DNA from: a virus
Lineage: Duplodnaviria > Caudoviricetes
IMG/VR virus record: IMGVR_UViG_3300025674_000014
Strand: one strand, 5' to 3'
DNA length: 64,000 nt
This document shows, piece after piece, positions 28,101-36,521 of the stretch. Under the pieces are notes generated by a model. That model did not search any database. It saw nothing but the letters and a program-made list of their open reading frames with translations, and was not told the origin of the DNA. Numbering within the stretch: position 1 is the stretch's first letter; each line of letters opens with the position of its first letter. The position numbers were made by a program, and so were the translations under genes.

Positions 28101-30174
28101 TTTCGGTAGGAGTATTACCTGGTGTAACCGATTGGGTAGATGTTCTAGTACTAGTGCGTGTTTGTGTTGGTGTTCTAGTCGGGGTCCTTGATCTGGTTTG
28201 AGTTGTTGTTCTTGTATTAGTTGGTGTTTGGGTTGCTGTTCTGGTATGGGTCCAGTTTCTGGTATTAGTTTGAGTGTTGGTAGGTGTTGTCGTAGGAGTG
28301 CTTGTAGAAGTTTTTGATAAAGTTATAGATTTTGTTTGAGTAGGTGTACCTGTAGGTGATGACCCGAAGGTAGGTGTTTGAGTCTGCGTAGGGGTTTGTG
28401 AAATAGATACTGTAATAGTTGCTGTATTAGTAGGTGTTCTAGTCTGGGTAGGGGTTTGAGTTACTTCAGGTAAATAAAATCTATGTTTTATGTTATTAAA
28501 ACTTTGCAATACTTGAGCAGTACTTAAAGCCTTTTCATAGACTTTAACGATAGCCATTTGTCCGTCAAAATTACCCGTACTATTAACAACGCTACCCAAT
28601 TTAGGGCTAACACTACTACTATAATCATACGTATCTGTAGTAGATAAATTAGTTACACCGTTTATATAAAGTCTAGAAGTTCCTGAAGACCTAACTAAAG
28701 CAAATTGATACCAGTAGCCGGTTTGTAAAGTAAAGCTTGTATCTTGTGTCCAACCTAAAGAAGGATTGTAATAAGAAAAGTAGTTATTATAAAAACCAAA
28801 AGTAAAATCTCCTGCAGTGTTATTGAAGTTAGATAAAAGTACAGATGAACCGTTATTTAAACTGTAAATTTTAGCCCATATAATATAACTAAAATCATTT
28901 GTACTTAAAGATGTTATATTGCTGCTGCTAATATCAATACTACTTCCCTGATCAAAAGTAAAGTTTTTAATAGAAGAGGGTGTTGAACCTGAATTATAAA
29001 AAACATCACCGCTTAGAGAACCGTTATTAGTATTTGAAGTTAAATCTGTCCATTGATTAGCTGTACCGGTGGACGAACTATTGTCGGCATCCAAATACAT
29101 TATTAACCCTTCAGTTAATGAACCTGTACTAGTACGGGTAATAGTATTTGTAGGTGTGGGGCTGTTGCTACTTGTTCTTGTTGATGTATGTGTGTTAGTT
29201 GGTGTCTTACTTGTTGTTGGTGTATTAGTAGATGTTACATCTGGTGTACCGGTTGGTGTGGCAGTATTAGTAGGGGTACGAGTAGCGGTTTCTGATGCAT
29301 TGGTAGTAGGTGTAATAGAGCTAGTTCTAGAAGGTGTTTTAGTATGAGTAACTTCAGGTGTCTGTGTTTGTGATGAAGTTTGTGTAGGTGTATAAGATGG
29401 TGAAGGAGTTTGGGTAGCTGTATTAGTGGTGGTTTGAGTTTGAGTAGAAGTATTAGTTGGGGTTTGAGTTTGAGTGCCTGTTTGTGTTCTTGTTAAAGTT
29501 TGAGAAGGTGTTGGTGTTAATGTTGTGGTATTAGTTGTAGTTGATGTAACCGTTACAGTGGGTGTAGGTGATGAACCTGTAGTAGCAGTAGATGTAACTG
29601 TACTTGTACTTGTTCTTGTAGCTGTATTTGTATTAGTTGGTGTTCTAGTCGGGGTGGGTGTATTGGTTGCAGTACCGGTAGGTGCTGGTGATGACCTTTC
29701 TGGTGTCTTTGTTGTATTAAGAGATTGAATATAAAAAGGGTAATCACTATTAATTGACGGAAATACATTATAGCCACCAGGACTGGTAATAAGAAACTTA
29801 AACTCACCTGTTGCAATACCAGATAAAGCTCCAAGACCCACTTGTACGGTATTTGATGTATAATCAAAAAATACATCACAACCTAAATCTAAAGCATTAT
29901 AAGCACTAAATGCAGGGTAAGTAGAAGATAATGATGGAATATCAGAGTAATAAGTTACACTACTTAAATTAACCGTTGAGAGAGAGTTGGGGATAAATGA
30001 AGATGGGTTAGAGCTGCTCAAATAAACCTGATAAGTCGAAGCTTTCCCTAAGCTGTTACCTGCACCGCCTCTAGTAAAAGGTATTTTAAAAACAAACGAT
30101 TTTTCATACTCACTGTAAATCAGTTTGTTAATTTGATTATTATTAATTAAAAGTTTTTGTCCAAATCTCTTCAT
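25168..30174 (-). CDS. Giant Thr/Pro-repeat protein with LamG/ConA-like domains (fibre/glycoprotein)
   Basis: Long TPT/TRT tracts separating GLIMYLDAD..., LTMQVDASN...YPGSG and WAPDDLSNLVSWIDASD...YLAWKWG domains. Confidence 0.8.
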   Translation of the reverse strand: MKRFGQKLLINNNQINKLIYSEYEKSFVFKIPFTRGGAGNSLGKASTYQVYLSSSNPSSFIPNSLSTVNLSSVTYYSDIPSLSSTYPAFSAYNALDLGCDVFFDYTSNTVQVGLGALSGIATGEFKFLITSPGGYNVFPSINSDYPFYIQSLNTTKTPERSSPAPTGTATNTPTPTRTPTNTNTATRTSTSTVTSTATTGSSPTPTVTVTSTTTNTTTLTPTPSQTLTRTQTGTQTQTPTNTSTQTQTTTNTATQTPSPSYTPTQTSSQTQTPEVTHTKTPSRTSSITPTTNASETATRTPTNTATPTGTPDVTSTNTPTTSKTPTNTHTSTRTSSNSPTPTNTITRTSTGSLTEGLIMYLDADNSSSTGTANQWTDLTSNTNNGSLSGDVFYNSGSTPSSIKNFTFDQGSSIDISSSNITSLSTNDFSYIIWAKIYSLNNGSSVLLSNFNNTAGDFTFGFYNNYFSYYNPSLGWTQDTSFTLQTGYWYQFALVRSSGTSRLYINGVTNLSTTDTYDYSSSVSPKLGSVVNSTGNFDGQMAIVKVYEKALSTAQVLQSFNNIKHRFYLPEVTQTPTQTRTPTNTATITVSISQTPTQTQTPTFGSSPTGTPTQTKSITLSKTSTSTPTTTPTNTQTNTRNWTHTRTATQTPTNTRTTTQTRSRTPTRTPTQTRTSTRTSTQSVTPGNTPTETRTQTRTPTFTPSQTATISYTPTRMATTATPTCTRTRNATTATPTRTASNTYTATPTKTRTSTQASYSCCHLTMQVDASNIYSYPGSGNIFCDVRRNNDLYICGSPQYVTYFGPSNHFCLNGSTDCMVCGYQLAKNTAIPRTEAGPIQNRYPYTFIFWIRVRSNISSSASSYTVPIVTDYNNQANVCYFMMGVRGSGDTVNAGKLDFWEKDNDGNEIFARTSLTYNDNSWHQVAFVADSTKLRIYVDGAIRAISEANRPSGIITNSTPMKWFSGNNSNLDADIAIIKTYSGIALSQDSIVSTYNVLRPRFSLGPITPTPTNTRTTTQSRTRTNTPTITPTNTSTSTNTPTASVSPTVTPTVTRTPSSTDTPGVTATRTPTNTRSRTQTPTQTRTNSQSPTPTNTNTQTPTQTSSNTPGLTPTPTNTRTASQTPTTTPTPTQSPTSTSTKTSTRTPSPTNTRSRTQTPTTTQTPTTTPTNTVTNTQTPLRTFNNSLTGTGSAPHPSANGVTFQSSAGDVFEFDTDLTGGPAFDTMYVYLDSSIKSVVSYSYNGYTGDTFRIQFAPSSTWYYGTFRNGNIYFTSPAVTPTRTKTQTRTGTQTPTPTSTSTGTPAATQTKTPSRTNTQTRSQTPTQTRTNTKTQTPTQTRTGTQTPTPTTVGANWAPDDLSNLVSWIDASDTSSWSSSGGILTSVTDKAGTYTMTVGGTPTTTNNQNSLNVFTFNGSNEYLQSTGYSSQVSSGNHWAIGVFRYDTTNNSQDSFWSYETNQSPKRDYAISSASSSNTWPGELDLDGLSSGRISNTIGNLQSWNLQSVTRYNYTIIASNFNKTGNQISVRVNGSNAFTPVNDYTNSISTNQQLRLFRNRASQELDGRLAEFFAAGQLPGTSGTDISTIEKAEGYLAWKWGLVSSLPSNHPYKNSRPTVPVTPTPTQTRTATQSGTLTPTPTVTPTRTATQTPTKTKTPTSHANQIYVRYYDE

Positions 30175-30971
30175 TATTGTGAAAATATAAATGATTCAAT
30201 TTCTTGCTCTGAAGCAGAAACTGTAACTGTTTCGGTTATTGCTGATAATCCTGACAACTGAGTTCTCAATGTTGGGTAATTATCTAAAGTAAGCACTGTG
30301 CCCGTATTTTCAGTACCACTAACAGCATAGAAATTAGCATCAACTCTATAAATGTTACTAACGTTATTTTGAGCTGCAGGAAATATCCAACCTTTAATAG
30401 TGAATGTTGTATCAGCGGTAACTCGTGCTTTATCTGAAGCTTGCAACTCGGTTGGGTAAGACATGTTAATATTTCCATCCCAAAGTACTTCACTTCTTAT
30501 TTCTTGCATTTCAGATAATGCACCTAAGCCCGATGGAACTGGCCAGCTTATAATAATATAAGGGTTATTATAAGGTATGAAATTAGATAAGATTTGATCC
30601 ATATCTAATTGATATCTTGTTATAACAGAAAAATTAACTGTAATGTTTACTGGGGTAGGAGCATTATATTTGTTTGAATACTGGTCATTACTATAATAGA
30701 AACCGTTAACATCAGGTAACTTGTTAAAAACCCTATCATTATCTCTAGAAATACCTGCTACATTGATAGCAACTACCGGTAAAGTAATTGTTTTTGCTTT
30801 ATTGACTATATCATAAAGAACGCGCTGTTTAGGAGCGTATAGATATCTTACAAAAATCCTATCTTTTTGCTCTCTATTCTTATTATATCTACCAATAACT
30901 ATACTATCAAAAGCATTAGCAAATTGAATAATAAGGTCTTGTATTTCAAAGTATGTCGACTTCCAACGCAT
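30174..30971 (-). CDS. Tail sheath stabiliser/terminator, gp15-like
   Basis: YFEIQDLIIQFANAFDSIVI...YAPKQR, LPVVAI, PVNITVNF, DQILSNFIPYNNP. Confidence 0.85.
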   Translation of the reverse strand: MRWKSTYFEIQDLIIQFANAFDSIVIGRYNKNREQKDRIFVRYLYAPKQRVLYDIVNKAKTITLPVVAINVAGISRDNDRVFNKLPDVNGFYYSNDQYSNKYNAPTPVNITVNFSVITRYQLDMDQILSNFIPYNNPYIIISWPVPSGLGALSEMQEIRSEVLWDGNINMSYPTELQASDKARVTADTTFTIKGWIFPAAQNNVSNIYRVDANFYAVSGTENTGTVLTLDNYPTLRTQLSGLSAITETVTVSASEQEIESFIFSQ

Positions 30972-30977
30972 TCAAAA

Positions 30978-30985
30978 TATTTATT
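30978..30985 (-). promoter_or_regulatory. Late promoter AATAAATA
   Basis: 6 nt before the gp15 ATG; heads the overlapping run gp15, giant fibre, protease. Confidence 0.65.
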
Positions 30986-32613
30986 CATTTCAACCGCTCA
31001 ATAAAATGTTCTGGTAGTTTATCCTTATTCTTTAGCAATAATTTGCGTGCTTTACCATCAATTACATATGTAACCGAGTAATCTGCTTTAGATCTAGTGC
31101 ATCTACCGGTAGTCTGAATGAATGCACTTAATGTCTTTTGTTGATACCAATCAGGATCTAAATCAGCCATTTTCTTAATACGTTTATTACCAAGAGGCGG
31201 GAATGGGGTTTTGACAATAATTTGAAATCTACCTTTATCACCGTTCAAATCTGTACCAAACGTTAATGATGGTGATACTAATACGGTAGGTTTATCGGTA
31301 GAAAAATGTTCTTCTAATATCTTTTCATTATTAGCTGCTTCTTCTCTAAATAGAAACCTATCACCTTTAAGTTTCTTTTGTAGGTATTTACAAATATCTA
31401 ATGAATGGGTATGTATAATACCTTTCTCATCTGGGTGATTATCACATAATGCTTGACAGTATCTTGCTATCTTAGGTAAGTTTTGCTCCAAGTTACTATA
31501 ATTTAACTCAGGTTTAGTCATTAGATAGATAGGAGATTTAGCAGGGTCAAATGCTGATGGGGTCTCTATATATTTGTAACGTTTAATACCCAATGTTTTA
31601 GCATATGAAGCATGATCAGTTATAGTAGCTGACATTAGCAATATATTATCACCGTAATCAAACAAACTACTGGCTAGATTATTAACTTTCAATGGAGTGA
31701 AACTAACACCATTCTTAGCAAAATCGACAATATACTCGCATTTATGCCAAGTTTGTTCTACAGTTGATAGATTACCATGCAGATTACGTAGATACTTAAG
31801 TCTAGCTGCTTCTGGTTGCGATATTGTTATAATCTTATTGTTATTCTTACCCGTAAGGGATTCAATCGTCTCCGTAATATTGAAAATAAGATTAGTAAGC
31901 CATCTATATTGTACATCATACTTATCTGACTTAAGAACTGAATGCTCAACATTATTGAGATTAAGACGTGTATAATCAATATGTGCACTAAATCGTCTCA
32001 CTAGTTCTTCTTCTAATTCAGATGCCTCATCACACACTAGAAAGTTTTTACGTTTAACATGTCCAGGTAAACTCAAAAACATCTTATAGTTAAGAACTGA
32101 AAACTGACTAGTAAGTGCATGATTACGATTTGTATAATAATTACAGCAACCTTTAGCCCAGCATTGGTTTTTAAGATTCTTAGTATATGTACAAGGGGCA
32201 GTATCTACATCAAATGAATCATCTATATCACAAAGATAGTTTTGTTTACCTTTTAGAGTATCAATATCATCAAATAGTTTCTTATACTGATCTTGAAGCT
32301 GTTTAGTAATAGTTAATGCAAATGTACCAAATGATGGTTCAGCTAAACACTCTGCCTCGTTAACAAAATTACCTGCAAAGTCTTGAGCATAAGCATCGTA
32401 TGATTCAACTAACGAACGGAATTCTTTAGTCGGTCTAGCACTGACATTACCTAAAGTTCTAGGTACAAAACTCTTACCAGTACCGGTAGGGGCAGAAGCA
32501 ATAACAAACCTATAGCCATCATTGAAAGCTTTTTCGATTTCTTTGATAAGTTTGACTTGAGCCTCTGATGGATTGTAACCATATGGAAATTTACTCAAAT
32601 ATTTACTAAACAT
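30985..32613 (-). CDS. DinG/XPD-family SF2 helicase
   Basis: APTGTGKS, TKQLQDQ, KGKQNYLC, DEASEL, MSAT, GTDL and QTTGRCTRS motifs. Confidence 0.85.
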   Translation of the reverse strand: MFSKYLSKFPYGYNPSEAQVKLIKEIEKAFNDGYRFVIASAPTGTGKSFVPRTLGNVSARPTKEFRSLVESYDAYAQDFAGNFVNEAECLAEPSFGTFALTITKQLQDQYKKLFDDIDTLKGKQNYLCDIDDSFDVDTAPCTYTKNLKNQCWAKGCCNYYTNRNHALTSQFSVLNYKMFLSLPGHVKRKNFLVCDEASELEEELVRRFSAHIDYTRLNLNNVEHSVLKSDKYDVQYRWLTNLIFNITETIESLTGKNNNKIITISQPEAARLKYLRNLHGNLSTVEQTWHKCEYIVDFAKNGVSFTPLKVNNLASSLFDYGDNILLMSATITDHASYAKTLGIKRYKYIETPSAFDPAKSPIYLMTKPELNYSNLEQNLPKIARYCQALCDNHPDEKGIIHTHSLDICKYLQKKLKGDRFLFREEAANNEKILEEHFSTDKPTVLVSPSLTFGTDLNGDKGRFQIIVKTPFPPLGNKRIKKMADLDPDWYQQKTLSAFIQTTGRCTRSKADYSVTYVIDGKARKLLLKNKDKLPEHFIERLK

Positions 32614-32616
32614 ATA

Positions 32617-32919
32617 TCATGAGTATATGTCATCGACTATAGAATCAAAGTCAGATTTTTTAGTATGAAGAGTAACATCTTCTACTTGATGTTCTGACAT
32701 AATCTTTAACATAGATGGGGTAGCTTCTTTCATTGTACAATTGCACAACGTGTAGTGGTCTGTTTTTATATTTTTATGTGTATGGCCTTTACCATAACAT
32801 TTCTTACAATTACTTTTTGGGTGATTAGTTATCTCAAGTTGACCACAATCTAAGTTGTTAGTAAACTCTTCTTCAAGTTCATAAATCACTCCAGTAAATA
32901 CGCTGAAAAATATTCTCAT
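32617..32919 (-). CDS. Hypothetical zinc-finger protein
   Basis: CKKCYGKG...CNC. Confidence 0.55.
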   Translation of the reverse strand: MRIFFSVFTGVIYELEEEFTNNLDCGQLEITNHPKSNCKKCYGKGHTHKNIKTDHYTLCNCTMKEATPSMLKIMSEHQVEDVTLHTKKSDFDSIVDDIYS

Positions 32920-33263
32920 ACTATTTTCATTATCATTTGAACATCATAAAATTTTGAGTTCTTTTTTGGTTTAAAATTTCTTGCTTTAACAAATTTATAA
33001 GTATCGTTTTGAGTTAACGTACAAAGCCTATAATCAAAATTAACAAACGACTTTTTATTTTCAATTCCAAAGGGGTAGGGTATCTCAAAAGTTTTAATAC
33101 CTCCTTTAGGTATTTCTAATTGAAATATAATAAAAAAATCCTTTACTGATAGATTAATAAGTTTGCCTTTCTTAATAATTTTTTCATTAATTACAAAATT
33201 AACATTATTAAGAAAAAAATCTTTAAAATTATTTTCTATTTCATCTATAACTTTAACAATCAT
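32916..33263 (-). CDS. Hypothetical protein
   Basis: 115 aa ORF with 4-nt overlaps on both sides. Confidence 0.55.
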   Translation of the reverse strand: MIVKVIDEIENNFKDFFLNNVNFVINEKIIKKGKLINLSVKDFFIIFQLEIPKGGIKTFEIPYPFGIENKKSFVNFDYRLCTLTQNDTYKFVKARNFKPKKNSKFYDVQMIMKIV

Positions 33264-33640
33264 GTATTTTGAAAATTTAGTTTTTCTTGTGGTGTTAAAG
33301 TTTGTAGGTTTTCAGTAAAATATTTCCAAAATTCCTCATTAGCAGGAATCGTTCTAATTAATTCTACACCATTAGTACAATTAATTTGTCTATAATTTTG
33401 CATGAATATATCCCATACAATAATTAAATTTTTTATCGTTGGGTCATAATCAGGTAAACGAGTGGTAGGTCTATAGTTTAGAGTTAACCTACCGTTCTCG
33501 CTATTCAAAAGAGTAAAACTATTTGTACACAACATACGACGAGTAGGTGGTGCACCAGTCTTAATAACACGTCTTGCAAATTTTACTTCACAGACATTGT
33601 TTTTAAGAATGTTTATAAGTTGTCCTCTACTAACCTTCAT
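33260..33640 (-). CDS. WYL_2/DUF2693-like SH3-barrel protein
   Basis: LKNNVCEVKF...RRMLCT...VWDIFMQNYRQIN. Confidence 0.6.
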   Translation of the reverse strand: MKVSRGQLINILKNNVCEVKFARRVIKTGAPPTRRMLCTNSFTLLNSENGRLTLNYRPTTRLPDYDPTIKNLIIVWDIFMQNYRQINCTNGVELIRTIPANEEFWKYFTENLQTLTPQEKLNFQNT

Positions 33641-34040
33641 TAGGCTTTACGATGCCGAAAATTCTAGCCTCGTTTAAGAACAATCCTTTCTTTACCTTAC
33701 CGATACCGTCAACGTCGAGATTATTAATAGGAATGCCAAGATTGTTTGGAAACATAACGTGATCACCAACATTGACATATTCACATTTAGTACCCTTAAG
33801 TAATACTTCTCCAATACGCCATGCTTTAGTATCAGCATTAATTGGAACAAGAATACCGTTACGCACGATAGCTGTACCATCTTCATTAGAGTCAACATAA
33901 CGAACAAGGATAACATCTTCCATCAAAGTGGAAAGGGAATACCCCATCAAGGTAGAATCGAATCCTTGAGTGGGGTCTGATAAGTCGATTAGACTCTTTT
34001 TAGGAGCTAATAAGTCAATACTTTTTTCTGCCTGAGACAT
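33630..34040 (-). CDS. GroES/Cpn10-like co-chaperonin
   Basis: EDVILVR...NGILVP...GEVLLKG...VNVGDHVMF pattern. Confidence 0.7.
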   Translation of the reverse strand: MSQAEKSIDLLAPKKSLIDLSDPTQGFDSTLMGYSLSTLMEDVILVRYVDSNEDGTAIVRNGILVPINADTKAWRIGEVLLKGTKCEYVNVGDHVMFPNNLGIPINNLDVDGIGKVKKGLFLNEARIFGIVKPNEG

Positions 34041-34064
34041 GTAAAGACTTATTAACCTTACATG

Positions 34065-34466
34065 TTATTTCAATGCTGATTTAATTTTAGTTACATCTAT
34101 TTTACCTGAATCAAGATATTGTTCTACTTCACGTCTAGATATTTCAAAACGTTTAGCAAGAAACTTTACTATCTCATCAAAGTTATTAATATCTTTTCTT
34201 TTCTCTTTTTTGATATAATGAATACGTCCAGGTGAACCTTTTGGTAATATTTTAATCAGATAATCATACCACTCTCTCTTCGTATCAAATACGTTATAAT
34301 GCTTGTTAGTAGTCTCATTAATAATCTGAGCATACTCAGGAGAGTACATACTCAACCACCTACAAACAATATAAGGAAGAAACTGATCTTCATCCTCAAC
34401 GTTATCCAAAAGGTTACCCTTCTTAGTAACAATTATATCATTTAGAATTTCAAAGATATTGAGCAT
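34065..34466 (-). CDS. Clamp loader A subunit, gp62-like
   Basis: FLPYIVCRWLS...YDYLIKILPK...YIKK...LAKRFEISRREVEQYL. Confidence 0.8.
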   Translation of the reverse strand: MLNIFEILNDIIVTKKGNLLDNVEDEDQFLPYIVCRWLSMYSPEYAQIINETTNKHYNVFDTKREWYDYLIKILPKGSPGRIHYIKKEKRKDINNFDEIVKFLAKRFEISRREVEQYLDSGKIDVTKIKSALK

Positions 34467-34471
34467 TACAA

Positions 34472-35062
34472 TTACTTAATGATAACTTTAGACGTAGCAA
34501 CGAACATATCGTCATTCAACTCATAGAATGCTTTGTTTACTTCACTACAGAAATTATTCACTTGCTCATCAGTAAAATTAGTACTAAATGCAAATGCAGG
34601 AGCTTTCTTACCAGCTACTACATTGATACCAGTATGACCAAGAGCAACACCATCTTTAACATACGTAATACTAACACTTACTTTACCTTCTTGCTGCGTA
34701 ACACCACCTTGAGTAAATTCTTTCTGCACCATAATATCATCTCCATCCATATAGATAGGACAATTCAGGTATTCAGGCTTAGCTAGAATATTAGCAATAC
34801 AAGTATTAAGTAATCTCTGATATGCTACTGCACCAAAAGGATTATCTAGGATAGGAATTTCCCATAGAAAGTTAATTGAGTCATCACTCCAGATGAATTC
34901 TTGCTTATCTACATCTTCCTGATCGATCATTCCATCAGCAAGCACTTCCATAGGAGCTCTAAATGATACTAGATTACCAATTGGTAATACTTTATCTTTG
35001 AAAAACTTATATGCAAATCTGCTATGAAGAAGATTACCGTCATATTTTTCTACATTAAACAT
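34472..35062 (-). CDS. DUF366-family protein (lipoate/biotin ligase-like fold)
   Basis: YDGNLLHSRFAY...SFRAPMEV...MIDQED...GDDI...KVSVSI...HTGINV. Confidence 0.7.
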   Translation of the reverse strand: MFNVEKYDGNLLHSRFAYKFFKDKVLPIGNLVSFRAPMEVLADGMIDQEDVDKQEFIWSDDSINFLWEIPILDNPFGAVAYQRLLNTCIANILAKPEYLNCPIYMDGDDIMVQKEFTQGGVTQQEGKVSVSITYVKDGVALGHTGINVVAGKKAPAFAFSTNFTDEQVNNFCSEVNKAFYELNDDMFVATSKVIIK

Positions 35063-35068
35063 ATAGTC

Positions 35069-35096
35069 ATTATATCACCTCTGCAAAGAAGACCAA
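35069..35096 (-). promoter_or_regulatory. Sigma70-type promoter TTGGTC-N16-TATAAT (extended -10 TGA)
   Basis: -10 ends 6 nt before ATG 35062. Confidence 0.6.
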
Positions 35097-35596
35097 CGTT
35101 TATGAGCGGTATTTATAATTTTTTTTGCTTCAGATTTACCCAACCATCCATTAATTTTTACATCTTTATCTTCAAGGTCTTTATAATGAGAAAAGAAATT
35201 AAATGTAGTTGAAACCCAATGTGGGTCTAGATCTTTTAGAGAACGATAATCCTTTACGTGAGAAACAGGTACCGTAATAATCTTAAAATCTTTATCACCA
35301 TTATCATCCATATCTAAAACAGCTATTGGATAAACTTCTACTAAAGTACCAGTTTTGATAGGTACGTTATTATAAACACAAACATCTAGAGGGTCATTAT
35401 CTAAAGCTAAAGTTTGAGGTACAAATCCATACGAACAGGTGTATCTCATACTACTGTAAAGACATCTGCTAAGTTTAAAGATACCTAATTGTTCATCGTA
35501 CTCATACTTGGCATTGGTATCTTTTTCAACTTCAATTATAGCATTTATCCTTAAAGGAGCATCTATACCTATTGGAATATCATTTACTAAATTCAT
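35075..35596 (-). CDS. ppa: Family I inorganic pyrophosphatase
   Basis: KYEYD, YGFVPQTLALDNDPLD, GDKDFKII, FFSHYKDLE. Confidence 0.95.
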   Translation of the reverse strand: MNLVNDIPIGIDAPLRINAIIEVEKDTNAKYEYDEQLGIFKLSRCLYSSMRYTCSYGFVPQTLALDNDPLDVCVYNNVPIKTGTLVEVYPIAVLDMDDNGDKDFKIITVPVSHVKDYRSLKDLDPHWVSTTFNFFSHYKDLEDKDVKINGWLGKSEAKKIINTAHKRWSSLQR

Positions 35597-36521
35597 TAAA
35601 ATAAATGTCTAAGAATTTTTTAGTTTCATCTGGTATTAAATCACTATTTAGAGTACAGCAATTTAACACCCACGATAAAGTATTTCTATAACCTATAATT
35701 TCTTTTTCTAAATTAGTAATTAAATCTTGCTCGTTTCTATTTTGATAAACCGATGCTTTATCAAATATAACTTGATTAGGTTTTATTTTGGTTTGAAGAT
35801 AATAACCACCCCAAATATCATCCATTCTACCTACATGAGGCCAAACAGCATAATGAGGTATAACATCTCTGGATAAAAATGTATTTTGAGAATTAAAAGG
35901 GTGAATATTTTCGCTAGTAAAGGGGAACAATCCTTTTTCAGAATTAAAATCACAATAAGGCTTTACTGTTAGTCTTGCCATTGCGTCAATATCAGGATCT
36001 CCATTCCAAAAATCAGCTTGCACTTTAACCTCTACTTCCTTATCTTGAAGTAAAATAGCTTTCTTTCTTTCAGGTACATAATCTAAAGGAAAACCTCTAT
36101 GCCAAATTTTATCATGATAAGACGTAGGTGAAATAGGATCAAAAACATAAGTGTTACCTCTATAATGGTTAATATTCACTTTTGTATTAACTTTAATATC
36201 AGACCCCCAATCATCATAAGGTATATTATCGTCATCAATTGTAGCAATAACTTTATTATTGCTTTCTTTATATGCTTCAACAAACCCAATGTTTCTTCTT
36301 TGAATAGATCTCCATCCTATACTATCACTAAGTTCTTTATATTTCTTTTCCTGATAGTCTGGGTGAAGGTAAGTAACACCAGCCATATCTTCGTAAAGCT
36401 TATGAGGTGTTTTAGTATCTCCTACTACATAAAAAGTCCAATCATTATTGAGAGCTAATTTAGCATACCTTTTAGTTGCTTCAGTAGGCTCGTTAATAGT
36501 TGTTGTTACAATGCTTAACAT
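35580..36521 (-). CDS. STELLO/DUF288-like glycosyltransferase
   Basis: IVTTTINEPT, VVGDTKTP, RRNIGF, IDDDN, DPDIDA, PFNSQNT, GRMDDIW. Confidence 0.8.
   Translation of the reverse strand: MLSIVTTTINEPTEATKRYAKLALNNDWTFYVVGDTKTPHKLYEDMAGVTYLHPDYQEKKYKELSDSIGWRSIQRRNIGFVEAYKESNNKVIATIDDDNIPYDDWGSDIKVNTKVNINHYRGNTYVFDPISPTSYHDKIWHRGFPLDYVPERKKAILLQDKEVEVKVQADFWNGDPDIDAMARLTVKPYCDFNSEKGLFPFTSENIHPFNSQNTFLSRDVIPHYAVWPHVGRMDDIWGGYYLQTKIKPNQVIFDKASVYQNRNEQDLITNLEKEIIGYRNTLSWVLNCCTLNSDLIPDETKKFLDIYFNEFSK

Noticed and set aside
8320-29700. Frequent ACCGGT/CCGG sites as a regulatory or modification motif
   Set aside because: Explained by Thr-Gly (ACC GGT) codon pairs in coding sequence; enrichment was not computed
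23076-29760. Tandem GGTGTT/AGT-rich DNA repeats as CRISPR or non-coding repeats
   Set aside because: They are degenerate in-frame codon repeats for Thr/Pro/Arg tracts
26257-29879. Val/Gly-rich antisense and alternate-frame ORFs within the giant gene
   Set aside because: Shadows of Thr/Pro codon repeats; no promoter motif or family signal
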